Shown here piece after piece: positions 35,893 through 47,432 of a DNA stretch of 64,000 bases. Within the stretch, counting starts at the first letter, position 1, and the number at the start of each line of letters is the position of its first letter. The notes beneath the pieces are model-generated. The model ran no database searches, was not told the origin of the DNA, and saw only the letters and a program-made list of their open reading frames with translations. The translations under genes were made by a program, and so were the position numbers. Source of the DNA: an uncultured Candidatus Entotheonella sp. (lineage in GTDB: Bacteria > Tectomicrobia > Entotheonellia > Entotheonellales > Entotheonellaceae); the NCBI GenBank assembly GCA_965217185.1, contig OZ244252.1, positions 4,062,469-4,126,468 of the forward strand, written 5' to 3'.

Positions 35893-37112
35893 GTAGCTAT
35901 TCAACATCATACACAGGCATGATAAGTTGCCTCTCAGCAAGCTGCGGCCCTAGCTGGGAGGGATGATTGTGAAGAAGCTCTATGTGGTCCGTTTGAGTGA
36001 AGAAGAACGGTCCGAATTGACGAAACTGGTCAAGACCGGACGGGCGCCTGCCTACCGTCGGCGCCATGCAGAGATCCTGTTGCAAGCCGATCAGGGACAA
36101 CACGGTCCTGCGCTGCATGATCGGCAGATCGTCGACAAGCTTGACGTCGCCCGCCAGACGGTCGAAAAGGTGCGCAAACGCTGTGTCGAGGAAGGGCTGG
36201 AAGCGGCGTTAGGACGCCGCCAGCGCAGCCGTGATCGCGCCCCGGTGCTCGATGGCGAAGGCGAGGCACAACTGGTCGCCATCGCCTGTAGCGAACCGCC
36301 GGATGGACGAGCACGGTGGACCTTGCATCTGCTGGTCGATGAGTTGAAGCGCCGCAAGATCGTGCACACGATATCCCACGAGACGGTGCGCAAGGTGCTA
36401 AAAAAAACGAGATCAAGCCGTGGCGCCAACAGATGTGGTGCATTCCGCCCCAGCAGGACGCCGCCTTCGTGTGCGCGATGGAGCAAGTCCTAGGGGTGTA
36501 CACCCGCCCGTATGATTCGGCCCACCCGGTGATCTGCATGGATGAGACGACCAAGCAGTGCACGCGCGAGGTGCGTGCGCCGCTGCCGGCGCTCCCTGGA
36601 CACCCAGCCCGTTACGATGCCGAGTACGAGCGTAACGGGGTGGGTCATCTGCTGATTTACTACGCGCCCTTTGACGACTGGCGCCGGACCGACGTGGCGA
36701 CCGATCATACCGCCTCGACGTGGGCTGAAGGCGTGCGTCGCCTGGTGGAAGAGGACTTTCCACAGGCGCAGCGGATCACGCTAGTCCTGGACAACCTGAG
36801 CACGCATAGCGGTGCGTCGCTGTACAAGAGCTTCCCGCCCGCCAAGGCGCGAGCGTTGCTGGACAAGCTGGAGTTGGTGTACACGCCGAAGCACGGCAGT
36901 TGGCTGAACATGGCCGAGTTGGAATTCAGCGTGCTGACCCGGCAATGCCTGGACCGGCGGATAGCCGACCTTGAGGCGTTGCGCGAGCAAGTCAGCGCGT
37001 GGACCGAACAACGCAACCGGACGAGCAAGGTCGTTCACTGGCGCTTTACCGTTGCTGATGCACGGGTCAAACTGCACCATCTTTATCCCGTGATCAAAGA
37101 TTGACGTACTAC
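35893..37112 (+). mobile_element. IS630-family insertion sequence
   Basis: Inserted in CTAG with TA duplication; ends GTAGCTATTCAA / TTGACGTACTAC. Confidence 0.9.
35963..37104 (+). CDS. IS630 transposase (two ORFs joined by a probable -1 frameshift at A8, 36400-36407)
   Basis: HTH ORF ends ETVRKVLKK; -1 frame continues NEIKPWRQQMWCIP...CMDE...VLDNLSTH...TPKHGSWLNMAE. Confidence 0.88.
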
Positions 37113-37949
37113 TAGTCCTTTGCCCGAAGACGTTGTGCGAGAAATGGCGCGATGAACTGGACAGGCGCTTCGGCGTCGACGCACGTATCGTCGGAGCATC
37201 GGACCTACTGACCCTGCTGAGGGAGCGCAATCGTACCGGACGCGGTTTCGCCGCAATCGCCAGCATGCAAAGCCTGAGACCGCCCCGTAAATGGCAACCG
37301 GACAGTTGGGCGACAGAGGACAAAGCGGAACACCCCGGTTCTGGCGACTCGCCGCGTTGGCAACTCACTGACGTTCTCCATAAAGCAACTATCGGAGAAC
37401 CGCTGGTCGATCTGCTGGTGGTAGACGAAGCGCACCACATGCGCAACCCAAAAACGATGCTTTATCTGCTGGGCGAACTTGTGAACGCGGTCTCCAAGTA
37501 CCGGATTTTTCTCTCGGCCACGCCGATTCACCTGCGAAACCGTGACCTTAATTCACTGCTTCGACTCATCGACCCCGATACGTTCGAGTACGAGTCTACA
37601 CTTGACGATTTGATCCTGGCCAACGAACCCATTATCGAAGCTCGCGACCTGCTGATGCGGCCAAGTGCATCCCGAGAGCAGATCATCGAATGCATCGACA
37701 ACGGGCGGCAGACCAGAGTGCTCGCTAAGAGCAGAGCGCTACAGCTTGTGCGTGATGATTTGGTCGAGCGACCGCTTCTTGACGCTGCGACACGAGCAGA
37801 GATCGCCTCGCGACTGGAATCAGTAAACCAGATGGCGAACTACCTAAACCGAACCCGACGTCGGGATGTCGAGGAATTAAGGGTCAGGCGTAAACTGGTA
37901 GCCCCTGAGCCACTTGCAGAATTGCGTGTACGAGTGGGATTTTCTTTCT

Positions 37950-37973
37950 CCGTGTCAAGCGCGGGGCAGGCTC
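37950..37973 (+). repeat. 24-nt hairpin-GGCAGGCTC mini-element
   Basis: ccgtgtcaagcgcggggcaggctc; same architecture as the copies at 50700-50723 and 50911-50934. Confidence 0.55.
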
Positions 37974-38053
37974 TGGGGCTGATTGGTGGACATTGGGGCC
38001 GCTTTCTGATTCTGTTGAGTTGTCAAACAACCGAATCAGGAGGAACGACCCCA

Positions 38054-39187
38054 ATGGCCTTACGTGAGATACTATCGAGTTACTGGTCTTGCTTTCAAGC
38101 GCTGCTGTTCCCGCAGCTTGAGGAAACGATCGGGGCGCTGGGGGAACGCCATCAGCGCTTCGTCATGGTGCTCGAATGGGTGCGGGTGGAAACGCTGCTG
38201 CCGTACCAGCACCGGCGTCGCGGCTGTCCGCCAAGCGACCGCGCGGCCTTAGCCCGCGCCTTCATCGCCAAGGCCGTCTTCGCGCTGGTTAGCACCCGGA
38301 TGTTGCTTGATCGTCTGCGCCACGACAGCACCCTGCGCCGGTTGTGCGGCTAGCGTAGCGTCAAGCACATTCCGAGCGAGGCGACGTTTTCACGTGCCTT
38401 TGCCGAATTTGCCGACAGCGCCTTGCCGAGCCACCTGCACGAGGCGCTGATCAAACGCACCCAGGGTGAGCGTCTGGCAGGCCATATTTCACGCGATTCG
38501 ACGGCGATTGAAGGGCGCGAGAGACCGACCCCGAAGGCGCCGCAGCCGGCCAAGCCGAAGCGGCGGCGCGGGCGTCCGCGCAAGGGCGAGGAGCGCCCCA
38601 CGGAGCCGCGCCGTCTGGAGCGCCAGCGCAACATGACCCTGCCGGAGATGCTCGCCGACTTGCCGTACGCCTGTGACATTGGCGTCAAGCGCGACGCCAA
38701 GGGCTATCAGACGTCATGGAGCGGCTACAAGTTGCATATTGACGCGGCCGACGGCGCCATCCCGGTCAGTTGCCTGCTTACCTCGGCGTCGCTGCACGAC
38801 AGCCAAGTCGCCATCCCGCTGGCGACCCTGACGGCGGAGCGAGTCCGCAACCTGTATGACCTGATGGACAGCGCCTACGATGCCCCGGAAATCCGCGCCC
38901 ACAGCCGCGCCCTGGGTCATGTTGCGATCATCGACGTCAACCCCCGCAGCGGCGCGCGCAAGCAGGCGCTGCGGCAGGAGAGGCAGGCACGGCGTGCCTG
39001 TGGGTTGGTCCTGTCTGAGGAGAGACGTTACCACGAACGCTCGACCGTCGAGCGCGTCAATGGTCGCCTCAAGGATGAATTCGGAGGTCGCAGCGTGCGC
39101 GTGCGCGGCCATGCCAAGGTGCTGTGTCATCTGATGTTCGGGATTGTGGCGCTCACGGTTGATCAGTTGATGCGCTTGGTGACCTGA
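38054..39187 (+). pseudogene. DDE transposase with premature TAG at 38351-38353
   Basis: LRRLCG*RSVKHIPSEATFSR in one frame; ISRDSTAI, GYKLH, MDSAYD, RSTVERVNGRLK. Confidence 0.85.
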
Positions 39188-41360
39188 AGCTGGTCTCGCG
39201 GCCCCGTTTCCTCCATCCCGGCACGCGCTGCTGTCCTGTACGCAGGGGGGAGAGTTGCGTCCGCATCGCAAGACGGGAGCCGGAACTCGGCACCGCCATG
39301 GCTGAATTCGTGGCAATTGGAACCACCGACGGCAAATGATTCACCGTACGGTCTCATGACAACCGCTCCGAGGCCAAACTAGCGGAGTTTTGCAAGTGGC
39401 TCCCCTGTTATTAATATGAACGAGGAGGAACGCGCCTTTTATGACGCCGTGACGAGGGAAGTGGCGGATTATGCCAGCCAGCAGGATGTAAGCGTAGGTT
39501 TCCTCCTGTCCACCCCGCAACGGCTTCTGACTTCCAGTCTAGCGGCAGCTTCCGCTTACTGGGCGGGATTTGGAGAAAGCCAGTCGAACGACATCGAAGA
39601 AACCGACGGCGACCTTGACTCGAACGCTTGGGATGACCGTCCGTTGCTCGCAAGATTGAAAAGTTTAGCGAAAAGATTAGACAAGACCATAAGTCTCGAG
39701 AAAAACGATACCAAGTTTAAGACGTTGACATGCCAACTTAATCTAATCCTTAAGGACGAGCCCGCTGCGAAAGTCATCGTGTTTTCTAGCTTCAAACCGG
39801 CTTTGAATTACCTCCGACGGCGATTGGAAGAATCTGGCATCGGCTGTGAGTTGCTGCACGGGAGCATCCACGAACCTCGGGAGGCTGTTCTAAAACGATT
39901 CAAGGACAGAGCCGATGTACGCATATTGCTTTCGTCCGAGGTTGGCAGCGAGGGGATCGATCTACAGTTTTGCCGTATTGTCATCAATTACGATCTGCCC
40001 TGGAACCCAATGCGGCTGGAACAGCGCATTGGTCGCGTTGACCGTCTCGGTCAGGAGAGCCCGCAGGTATCGATTCTTAATTTAGTCCACTCTGGCACCA
40101 TCGACGCCGAAATATATCTCCGTCTCTATGAGCGTCTCAAGCTTTCCGAGCGTGCTCTTGGGGAATTCGAGCCCGTTCTTGGCGAACCGATCCGGGAAAT
40201 GACACAAAAACTGCTTGATCCGAGGCTGAGCGAGGAAGAGAAAAAATTCGTTATCAAACAGACGGCGCAGGCGATTCAAAATCGCAGACTTGAAGAGGAT
40301 GTCCTTGAACAAGAGGCTGGCGCGTTGATCCGTCACGGTGACTACATCCTAGAGAAAATCAAAGAAAGGCATGAGCGTCATCAGTGGCTAGCCGGTGATG
40401 ACATTCTGATATATGTCAAAGATCGATTGGATCGCAGTTTTCCCGGATGCTGCATTGAGGCCAGCCCGGCGGGTTCCGATACCTACCGCATCATTCTTTC
40501 GTCCGGCGCACACGCGGCTTTGATGGATTTTATCGCGCGCCGACGTTTGCCAGCCGGGACAGGATTGGTCCGCAACGACGCCCAGCAACGTTATCGCTTT
40601 ACCTCATCGGTTGCGCGACGGTGGGAAAATGGAGTCGAGCCTATATCTCGGTTGCATGGCCTCGTCAACTTTGCAGGAGAGTTGGATGAGCGTGACAGGG
40701 ACGTCCACGAAGCCCAGCCTGTTGCCGCTGCGGTTTGGTGCGAACATCTCAAGAACTGTGAACCCGGCATCTATATAATCGGCATCAGGCGCTGGGAGGC
40801 CATTGTCCCAGGCCATCGTGCTGGTAGCGAGACACATTTGACCTATGTCGGTGCAGACCTTGACAAGTCTGAACTTCTTTCGTCCGAGGTTGCGGAGACG
40901 ATGGCCGTAGCGGCAGCAGTGCACGGGCGCCCGCTGCCAAATTTTGCGCATGATGGAAGATTGCCCGCGGCAGTCAAATTGCTGTACGAGCATGTTTTGC
41001 CGGAGATGGATCGGCTGAATGGGGTGCTTCACGAACGAAAGAAGGCCGACCTTGAGGACCGAGCTGCCATCCGGGAACAGGCTCTCATACGTCATCTTGG
41101 TAAAAAGACCGAAGATTTGAAACAGCAGCGTGATAGGCATCAGTGGAACGCGGAGAGACAGAGAGAATTGGGCAATGAGCGTCTTGCTCAACGGCTGTCA
41201 GCGTTGGCGAAGGCAACCGACGGGACCCTTGCCAAGCTCCAAGACCGCCTCAAGTCGCGATTGAAGGAGATACAGCAACAACGAGAATATCAGCCGGAAT
41301 TTGCAGACGTGACGTACCTTCTGATCGAGGTGAGGGAAACGAAAACCAGGGAGCGAACAT

Positions 41361-42928
41361 ATGCTGAAGGTGGAACATGAGCAATCGCCGCAGAAGAATA
41401 GAGGTCCGATGCTCGGTGATGATCTCTCCGCGAAGAAAGACAATATCGGTGCTGGGGAACCGTTTCGGTTCTGGGACTTCCCGCTGGAAATGAAGGTGCG
41501 AGAGGAGGCTCCCGCACACACATCCCAGGAGACCCGGGACGCATTTGACCGTATCGTTGCAGCCGGAGTCTTCCCGTCAGGGAGTACCGAAGGTCGGCCT
41601 ATGCTCGTCGTCATCGGTCTCGATTTCGGTACTAGTACCTCGTCAACGTGATATGCACGGATGCCGAAAACCGTCCATGTGCACCCCTGCCTCGCGAGGC
41701 AGGGGTGCACATGGCATGGTCCTTCCCCCACTTTTCAGATTGACTAGGTACTAGTTCGACAAAGATTATTGTCCGGTTGCCCGTCGAAGCGGGCGAACCG
41801 ACTGTAGCGATTCCCGCGCCCGCTCATTGCCTGAGCGAGAATCACCCCTATCTCTGGCAGACAGTCCTCTGGGTTCGCGGAAACGGCGAATTCATCCCCT
41901 ATCCCGAGCAAGGTGTGAACCTGCTTCGTGCCCTCAAGCAGGGCATAATGGGACAAAATATCGACACGCCAGCGAATGGTGTACCTCACAAGGTCGAGGC
42001 GACCGTGGCCTACCTCACCTATGTGATTCGTTATGTCAGGGGATGGCTTGTATGCAATCGGTCCGACCTGTTCCGAGGCCGGAATGTGAACTGGCTCGTC
42101 AATTTCGGCCTACCCGCCGCCGACTACGATAATGAGCCACTGGTCCGGGGCTACCGCAAGGCTGCGGCTGCGGCGCTTATGCTGGCGGACTCCAGATCAG
42201 TTGCAAGTGTGGAAACGGCACGGAAGATTTTGCAGCACGAGCGTGTAAAAGAAGCCGCCCGGTTGCCAAAGAGTGCCCAAGCCTTGGGAATTGCGGTTGT
42301 CCCAGAGGTTGCAGCCGCTGTGACCCCATTCGCCAGATCCACCGGCAGCGTACCAGGCCTCTATCTGCTTGTGGATGTGGGAGCAATGACGCTTGACGCT
42401 TGCATATTCCGGCTGGTTCAGCACCAAGGCGGGGGAAACAGATACCCTCTCTTGTCCGCCGCCGTTCGTCCGCTCGGTGTGGAAGCTTTCCATTGGTTCC
42501 GGGAACAAGGAAGAACGGAGGAGGAATTCAGCACACAGTGCACCCGCTGCCTCTACCAAGTAATCTGGGACACGAAACGTCATCGCGACCCGCATGCGGA
42601 AGGCTTTCAGCCAGGCAACGCCTTGCCGGTGTTCCTGACGGGTGGCGGCTCTCGCAACGATTTGCACCGCAGTATTGTCGACGCGTTAGGCCCTTGGCTT
42701 GTCCATTTTGTAAAGAATGAGGGCATGAGGTTGATTGATCTACCGAAGCCAGTTCCTATTGAATTTCCCAAACCACTCGACGATCCGAATCGCTTGGCTG
42801 TCGCATGGAGGTTGAGCTATCTGCCGGAGGACATCGGTGAGATCAGATCCATGTCGAACATCCCCAATGTTGAGCCTCCTCCTCACCTCGACTACACCGA
42901 TCGGTATATTTCCAAGGATCAGGTGTAG
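41361..42928 (+). pseudogene. Actin/Hsp70-fold ATPase interrupted by a MITE
   Basis: Removing the insert restores IGLDFGTSSTKIIVRLP (phosphate-1); downstream LLVDVGAMTLD (phosphate-2) and VFLTGGGS (adenosine) motifs; true start uncertain. Confidence 0.8.
41635..41751. mobile_element. 117-bp IS630-type MITE
   Basis: CTAG target with TA duplication; TIRs GTACCTCGTCAA / TTGACTAGGTAC; internal 40-bp perfect palindrome at 41675-41714. Confidence 0.85.
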
Positions 42929-43007
42929 TCCATTCATCGTCGTGTAACTGCGCCGGTTGAAGCACCCGGACAGGCAATCTTATCGAGTTTAAGCCGGAGC
43001 CATCATC

Positions 43008-45383
43008 ATGACAGACAACTCCAACCACCTTCCCGGCATGCTGCAAGGCGTGCGGGTTCTGGAAGTCACCGAGCCGCTGGGTGCCCTGGTTGGCCGCTTT
43101 CTGGCCGACCTGGGGGCCGACGTCATCAAAATCGAACCGCCGGAGGGGGATGGCGGGCGCCACGCTTCGCCGTTCGTCGGCGCGGGGGACGAGCGCCTCA
43201 GCCTGCCCTTTGTGCGGGCCAACGTGAACAAACGCAGTGTCATTCTCGATCTCACGCAATGCCGCGATCAGGAGCGCTTTCGCAGCTTGGCCGAGCGTGC
43301 CGACGTGGTGGTGAGCACCGACGGTATCGACGCCTGGGCGGCCAGGGGTATTGACCTGAACACGTTGGCCACGGTTTACCCGCGCTTGGTGTGGCTGTCC
43401 ATGTCAACGTTCGGCCTCAGCGGGCCGCACAGCGACTACGCCGGCAACAACATCATCGCCGAGGCCATGGGCGGACTGACGTACATTCAGGGCGACGACG
43501 CCAAGCCGCCGTGCGTGTCGCCGTGCGAGCAGGGCGTCTATCTGGCCAGCCTGCACGCCGCCTTTGGCGCCCTGATGGCGCTGTGGGAGCGCCACGCCAG
43601 CGGTCGGGGGCAGCTGGTTGAGACGAGCGTGCAGGAGGTGCTGGCCAACCTGTATTTCCTGATCGTGAATTACGGCTTGTGGAGCGACATTCCGTACCGC
43701 ATGGGAGCGCGGAATTTCATGCCGCCGAATGGCTATTACCCCTGCCGGGATGGCTACGTGTTCATTGCCACCCTGATGTCGGGCCTGTGGGAGAAGCTGG
43801 CCGGCGCGGTCGGCGACCCCCGGCTGGCGGATGAGGCGCTGCGCAACCCTGATTACCGCAACGAGCACCCGGAACTGGTCGATCCGATTCTGGAGGAATT
43901 CGCGTCGGGCTTCGATCGTTGGGCGTTCACCAGTTTGCTGCAAAGCCACGGCGTGCCGGCTGCACCATGGTGCAGCGTGGCGGACGTGGCGGACAACGAG
44001 CACCTCCGCGCGCGCGAGTTCTTTATTGATTTCGAGCAACCGCCGGTTGGTCGTCTGCGCAGCGCCGGGCCGATGTTTCTCGCCCCTGCCGCGCCGCTGC
44101 GCATTCGGCGCCCGGCACCGCGGGTTGGGGAACACCAGGACGAAGTGTTGGCCGAACTCGAGGCGCCAGCGCAAGGGCTGCCGGCTCCTGCCGGAGGCAT
44201 CGAAAACGGCTTGCCGCTGGCGGGTATTCGCGTCCTGGACCTCAGCCGCGCCTGGGCCGGCCCCTACGGAACCCGCTACCTGGCGGATTTCGGCGCCGAC
44301 GTCATCAAGGTGGAAACCGGCAAGTACCCTGACGGACGGCAGCCCGACAACCCTGGGTACGGTGAGATCAATCGCAACAAGCGCTCGGTGACGCTTAATT
44401 TTCAGACGCCCGAGGGCCAGGGTCTGCTGCGGCGTTTGGTGGCCGTCAGCGACGTGGTGGTCGAAAATTTCAGTCCGCGCGTCATGGTCAAATACGACCT
44501 GGATTACGCCCATCTGAAAGAGGTGCGGTCCGACCTCATCATGGTGAGCCTGCCGGGCTATGGGCGCCAGGGGCCGCACGGCGGCTACGTCAGTTTCGGC
44601 GGCCCGCTGATGGCCTATACCGGCATGTCGTACCTGTGGGGGCACCCCGACTCGCCGCCGAACGCACGCGTGAAGGTGGCGCAGCCGGACTACATCGCGG
44701 CCGCCACACAGACGCTGGCGGTGATGGCGGCCCTCCATCACCGGGCGGCTACGGGAGAGGGACAGCACGTCGAAATCGCCCAGGTGGAGACGACGATTGC
44801 CGCCATGGAAGGGGTCTATCTCGACTATTTCGCCAACGGCACGGTGGCCGGGCCCATGGGCAACCGCGACCCGAATGCGGTGCCGCAGGGCTGCTATCCG
44901 TGCCTCGGGCACGAGGCATGGTGCGTCATCAGCTGCACGACCGACGCGCAGTGGCGCATTCTGGCGACAGTGATTGGCGGCGAGGTGCTGGCTGATGATG
45001 CCAGCTTGGCGACGGCAGAGAAACGCTGGCAACGGCACGACGAGCTCGACGAGCTGATCGGCAAATGGACGCGCGACCGGACCCCGTACCAGGTCATGCG
45101 TGACCTGCAGGCCGCCGGGGTGCCGGCCGGCGTCATGCAGACGTCTGAGGACCTATGGCGAGACGTGCATCTGTGGGCGCGGGATTACCCGGTGATGATG
45201 GCGCATCACGACCTCGGCACGCTCGAGCACGCCGGCATGTCGGTGCGGCTGCACGCCACGCCGGGCCGGATTCAAAGGCCTGTGGGGCCGATGGGCGAGG
45301 CAAACGCGGAGGTGTTTCGCGGGCTCCTGGGGCTCTCGGAATCGGAACTCGGCAGGCTTATGGCAGCGGGCGTCATTGCGTAG
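43008..45383 (+). CDS. Fused double-domain CoA-transferase family III
   Basis: Two complete CaiB/BaiF units (LQGVRVLEV... and LAGIRVLDLS...). Confidence 0.92.
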   Translation: MTDNSNHLPGMLQGVRVLEVTEPLGALVGRFLADLGADVIKIEPPEGDGGRHASPFVGAGDERLSLPFVRANVNKRSVILDLTQCRDQERFRSLAERADVVVSTDGIDAWAARGIDLNTLATVYPRLVWLSMSTFGLSGPHSDYAGNNIIAEAMGGLTYIQGDDAKPPCVSPCEQGVYLASLHAAFGALMALWERHASGRGQLVETSVQEVLANLYFLIVNYGLWSDIPYRMGARNFMPPNGYYPCRDGYVFIATLMSGLWEKLAGAVGDPRLADEALRNPDYRNEHPELVDPILEEFASGFDRWAFTSLLQSHGVPAAPWCSVADVADNEHLRAREFFIDFEQPPVGRLRSAGPMFLAPAAPLRIRRPAPRVGEHQDEVLAELEAPAQGLPAPAGGIENGLPLAGIRVLDLSRAWAGPYGTRYLADFGADVIKVETGKYPDGRQPDNPGYGEINRNKRSVTLNFQTPEGQGLLRRLVAVSDVVVENFSPRVMVKYDLDYAHLKEVRSDLIMVSLPGYGRQGPHGGYVSFGGPLMAYTGMSYLWGHPDSPPNARVKVAQPDYIAAATQTLAVMAALHHRAATGEGQHVEIAQVETTIAAMEGVYLDYFANGTVAGPMGNRDPNAVPQGCYPCLGHEAWCVISCTTDAQWRILATVIGGEVLADDASLATAEKRWQRHDELDELIGKWTRDRTPYQVMRDLQAAGVPAGVMQTSEDLWRDVHLWARDYPVMMAHHDLGTLEHAGMSVRLHATPGRIQRPVGPMGEANAEVFRGLLGLSESELGRLMAAGVIA

Positions 45384-45416
45384 CGCGTCAAACCTGGGAT
45401 GGTGTGAGGCCGGGGG

Positions 45417-45442
45417 AATGGAGAATGCGGGATTCGAACCCG
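45417..45442. repeat. att site: 26-bp direct repeat of the tRNA-Ala 3' end
   Basis: aatggagaatgcgggattcgaacccg identical to 52589-52614. Confidence 0.92.
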
Positions 45443-45571
45443 GCCCTGCCGGGACCGCTATCGTCAGATTCGTGAAAAAAGCAAGAATCCCGCGTCGTTA
45501 CTGGGCCTGGTGCAAGACCGCCCTCTATCCCCTTACCATCCAACACCATCCCGTCCCCCAAGCCGATCGTC

Positions 45572-45994
45572 GATGGCCTGCTGCACGAGGGCATGCTTCT
45601 CTTTGGCGGCAAGGGCAAACGCGGTAAGTCCTGGCTCATGCTCGACCTCGCCCTGTCGGTGGCCACCGACAGACGCGTCAGGGGGCACTTTACAGTTCCG
45701 GAGCCGCAGCCAGTGCTCTACATGGCCCTCGAAGACAGCAGGGGCCGCATCCAACGGCGCCTGCATGAGATCCGGCTCGGCATCAGGACCAACGGCCAGC
45801 TGCAGCTGCTCTACAATTTTCCCTTGCTCAACGACGGCGGCCTGGACGAACTGCGGCGATACATCACCAGCGGTCGCTACCGCCTCATCGTCATCGACGT
45901 TCTGGCCAAGGCCGAAGACGTCTTCGACACCCTGCACGGCTCGGTGGCGTATCAATCTGCGCTTACCCTGCTCCAGGAACGTGCATCGACTTGA
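45572..45994 (+). pseudogene. Fragment of an AAA_25/RepA-type replicative helicase
   Basis: DGLLHEGMLLFGGKGKRGKSWLMLDLA Walker A, VLYMALED, LIVIDVL Walker B; truncated. Confidence 0.7.
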
Positions 45995-46088
45995 TAGCAC
46001 AGGAGAAAACACAATATTGAGACCGCTCACCGATGGCAATGGGCATACACGGCAGGTCAGGCGCGAGCGCGCCTTATGGAGGCACGTC

Positions 46089-47432
46089 ATGACACACGAA
46101 GCAGGGCGGCAACGGGGTGAATCGATCCCCGGGCGGATGCGGCGGCGGGATTTTCTGAGCTATACCGGCAAGGCCGGAGCCGCATTGGCGGCCGTCGCCG
46201 GTATGAAATGGCTGGCGGGCCGGGCACCGGCTTTTGCGCAGGAGCGGACGCTGCACGTCCTGGAGTGGAGCAGTTTCGTCGCGCCGGCCGACGTTGAGCG
46301 GGACCGCCAGGCCGAAGAATTCGGTAAGCAGGCGGGCGTGAGGGTGACCATCGAGCACATCAACGCCAACGACTTGCCGGCCAGGGCGACGGCGGCGATC
46401 GAGGGCGGCACGGGCCCGGATATCATCCAGTTGTTCGGCAACTACCCGCTGCTTTACGCGGCGGGGCTCGATGACCACGACGACCTCATCGCAGAGCTCG
46501 GCGGCGACGAGATTTACCCGTTCATCCGAGAGGCCGTGCGCGACGTGAAGGGCGTGCATCGCGGCGTGCCCAACTTTTTCGGCGGCGGCGCCAACGTTTA
46601 CCGCAAGGACATCTTCGAGGAAGTCGGCATTGCCCGTCCGCCCGAAACCTGGGACGAGTACCTGGAAGCCGGCAAGAAGTTGAAACACATCGGCATGCCG
46701 GTCGGGCAAAGCCTCGCTCACACCTTTGGGGACGCCCCCGGTTTCGCCTATACCCTGTTGTGGTGCTTCGGCGGTAAGGAAGTGGACGAGGACGGGCGGG
46801 TAGCCCTGAATAGCCGGGAGACGGCCAACGCGGTTGATTTCCTCAAGGAGTTCTGGTCCGCCGCCTGCGACGAAGGCGGCTTGGCGTGGGACGGCACCAG
46901 CAACAACCGCGCCTTCCTGGCGGAAACCATCGCCGTCACCCTGAACGGCGCCAGCATTTATTTTGTCGCCCGCAACGACCCCCGCAAGGTCGCCCCCGGT
47001 TTCGCCGACCGGCTGGGCCACTTCCTGATTCCCGAAGGCCCGGGCGGACGCTATCACGACGTCGGACCGGCCTCCAATTGCATCGCCCGCTACTCGCCCA
47101 ACAAGGAGGCGGCGCGCGATTACATCCGCTTCGTCCACCAGGACGACAACTTCGAGAAGTTCCTGGTCATCAACAAGGGCTACGTCAACGGCCCGCTGCC
47201 CAAGTGGCAGGAACACCCGATGTGGGAGGAGGACCCGGCCGTCACCATCTACCGCGAGCTGCCGCAGTACGGGCGCAACCACGGATACGCCGGGCCGTAC
47301 AACCGCCAGTCTTCCGAGGCAGCCGCCAAGTACATCATCGTCGACCTGTTCGCCAAGGCGGTACGGGGCGACTCGACCCAGAGCGTCATTGAATCGGCCG
47401 AAAGGGAACTGAAGGCCATCTACGAGGCGTAA
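46089..47432 (+). CDS. Tat-exported ABC transporter substrate-binding protein (sugar-type)
   Basis: MRRRDFL Tat motif, GPDII, YRKDIF...PETWDEY; no permease or ATPase adjacent. Confidence 0.85.
   Translation: MTHEAGRQRGESIPGRMRRRDFLSYTGKAGAALAAVAGMKWLAGRAPAFAQERTLHVLEWSSFVAPADVERDRQAEEFGKQAGVRVTIEHINANDLPARATAAIEGGTGPDIIQLFGNYPLLYAAGLDDHDDLIAELGGDEIYPFIREAVRDVKGVHRGVPNFFGGGANVYRKDIFEEVGIARPPETWDEYLEAGKKLKHIGMPVGQSLAHTFGDAPGFAYTLLWCFGGKEVDEDGRVALNSRETANAVDFLKEFWSAACDEGGLAWDGTSNNRAFLAETIAVTLNGASIYFVARNDPRKVAPGFADRLGHFLIPEGPGGRYHDVGPASNCIARYSPNKEAARDYIRFVHQDDNFEKFLVINKGYVNGPLPKWQEHPMWEEDPAVTIYRELPQYGRNHGYAGPYNRQSSEAAAKYIIVDLFAKAVRGDSTQSVIESAERELKAIYEA

Larger units (their letters stand above)
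37907..39402 (+). mobile_element. IS5/IS1182-like (DDE_Tnp_1) insertion sequence
   Basis: TIRs GAGCCACTTGCA / TGCAAGTGGCTC; CCCT duplicated at 37903-37906 and 39403-39406. Confidence 0.88.
35434..41380 (+). pseudogene. SNF2/RapA-like helicase (~1074 aa reconstructed) interrupted by two IS elements
   Basis: Segments 35434-35892, 37115-37906 and 39407-41380 join in frame; LIADEVGLGKT, VVDEAHH, LSATP, GSEGIDLQ, NYDLPWNPMRLEQRIGRVDRLGQ. Confidence 0.9.

Noticed and set aside
37133..38353. Apparent helicase-transposase fusion ORF
   Set aside because: Chance read-through from the helicase middle segment into the inserted IS; TIR and TSD define the junction at 37907
45417..45442. tRNA-like sequence
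   Set aside because: Only the T-arm/acceptor 3' portion is present; it is the att duplication, not a tRNA gene
45510..46088. N-terminal 193 aa of the 640-aa ORF in the track
   Set aside because: Overlaps the AAA helicase relic in another frame; the real protein begins near the Tat signal at 46089
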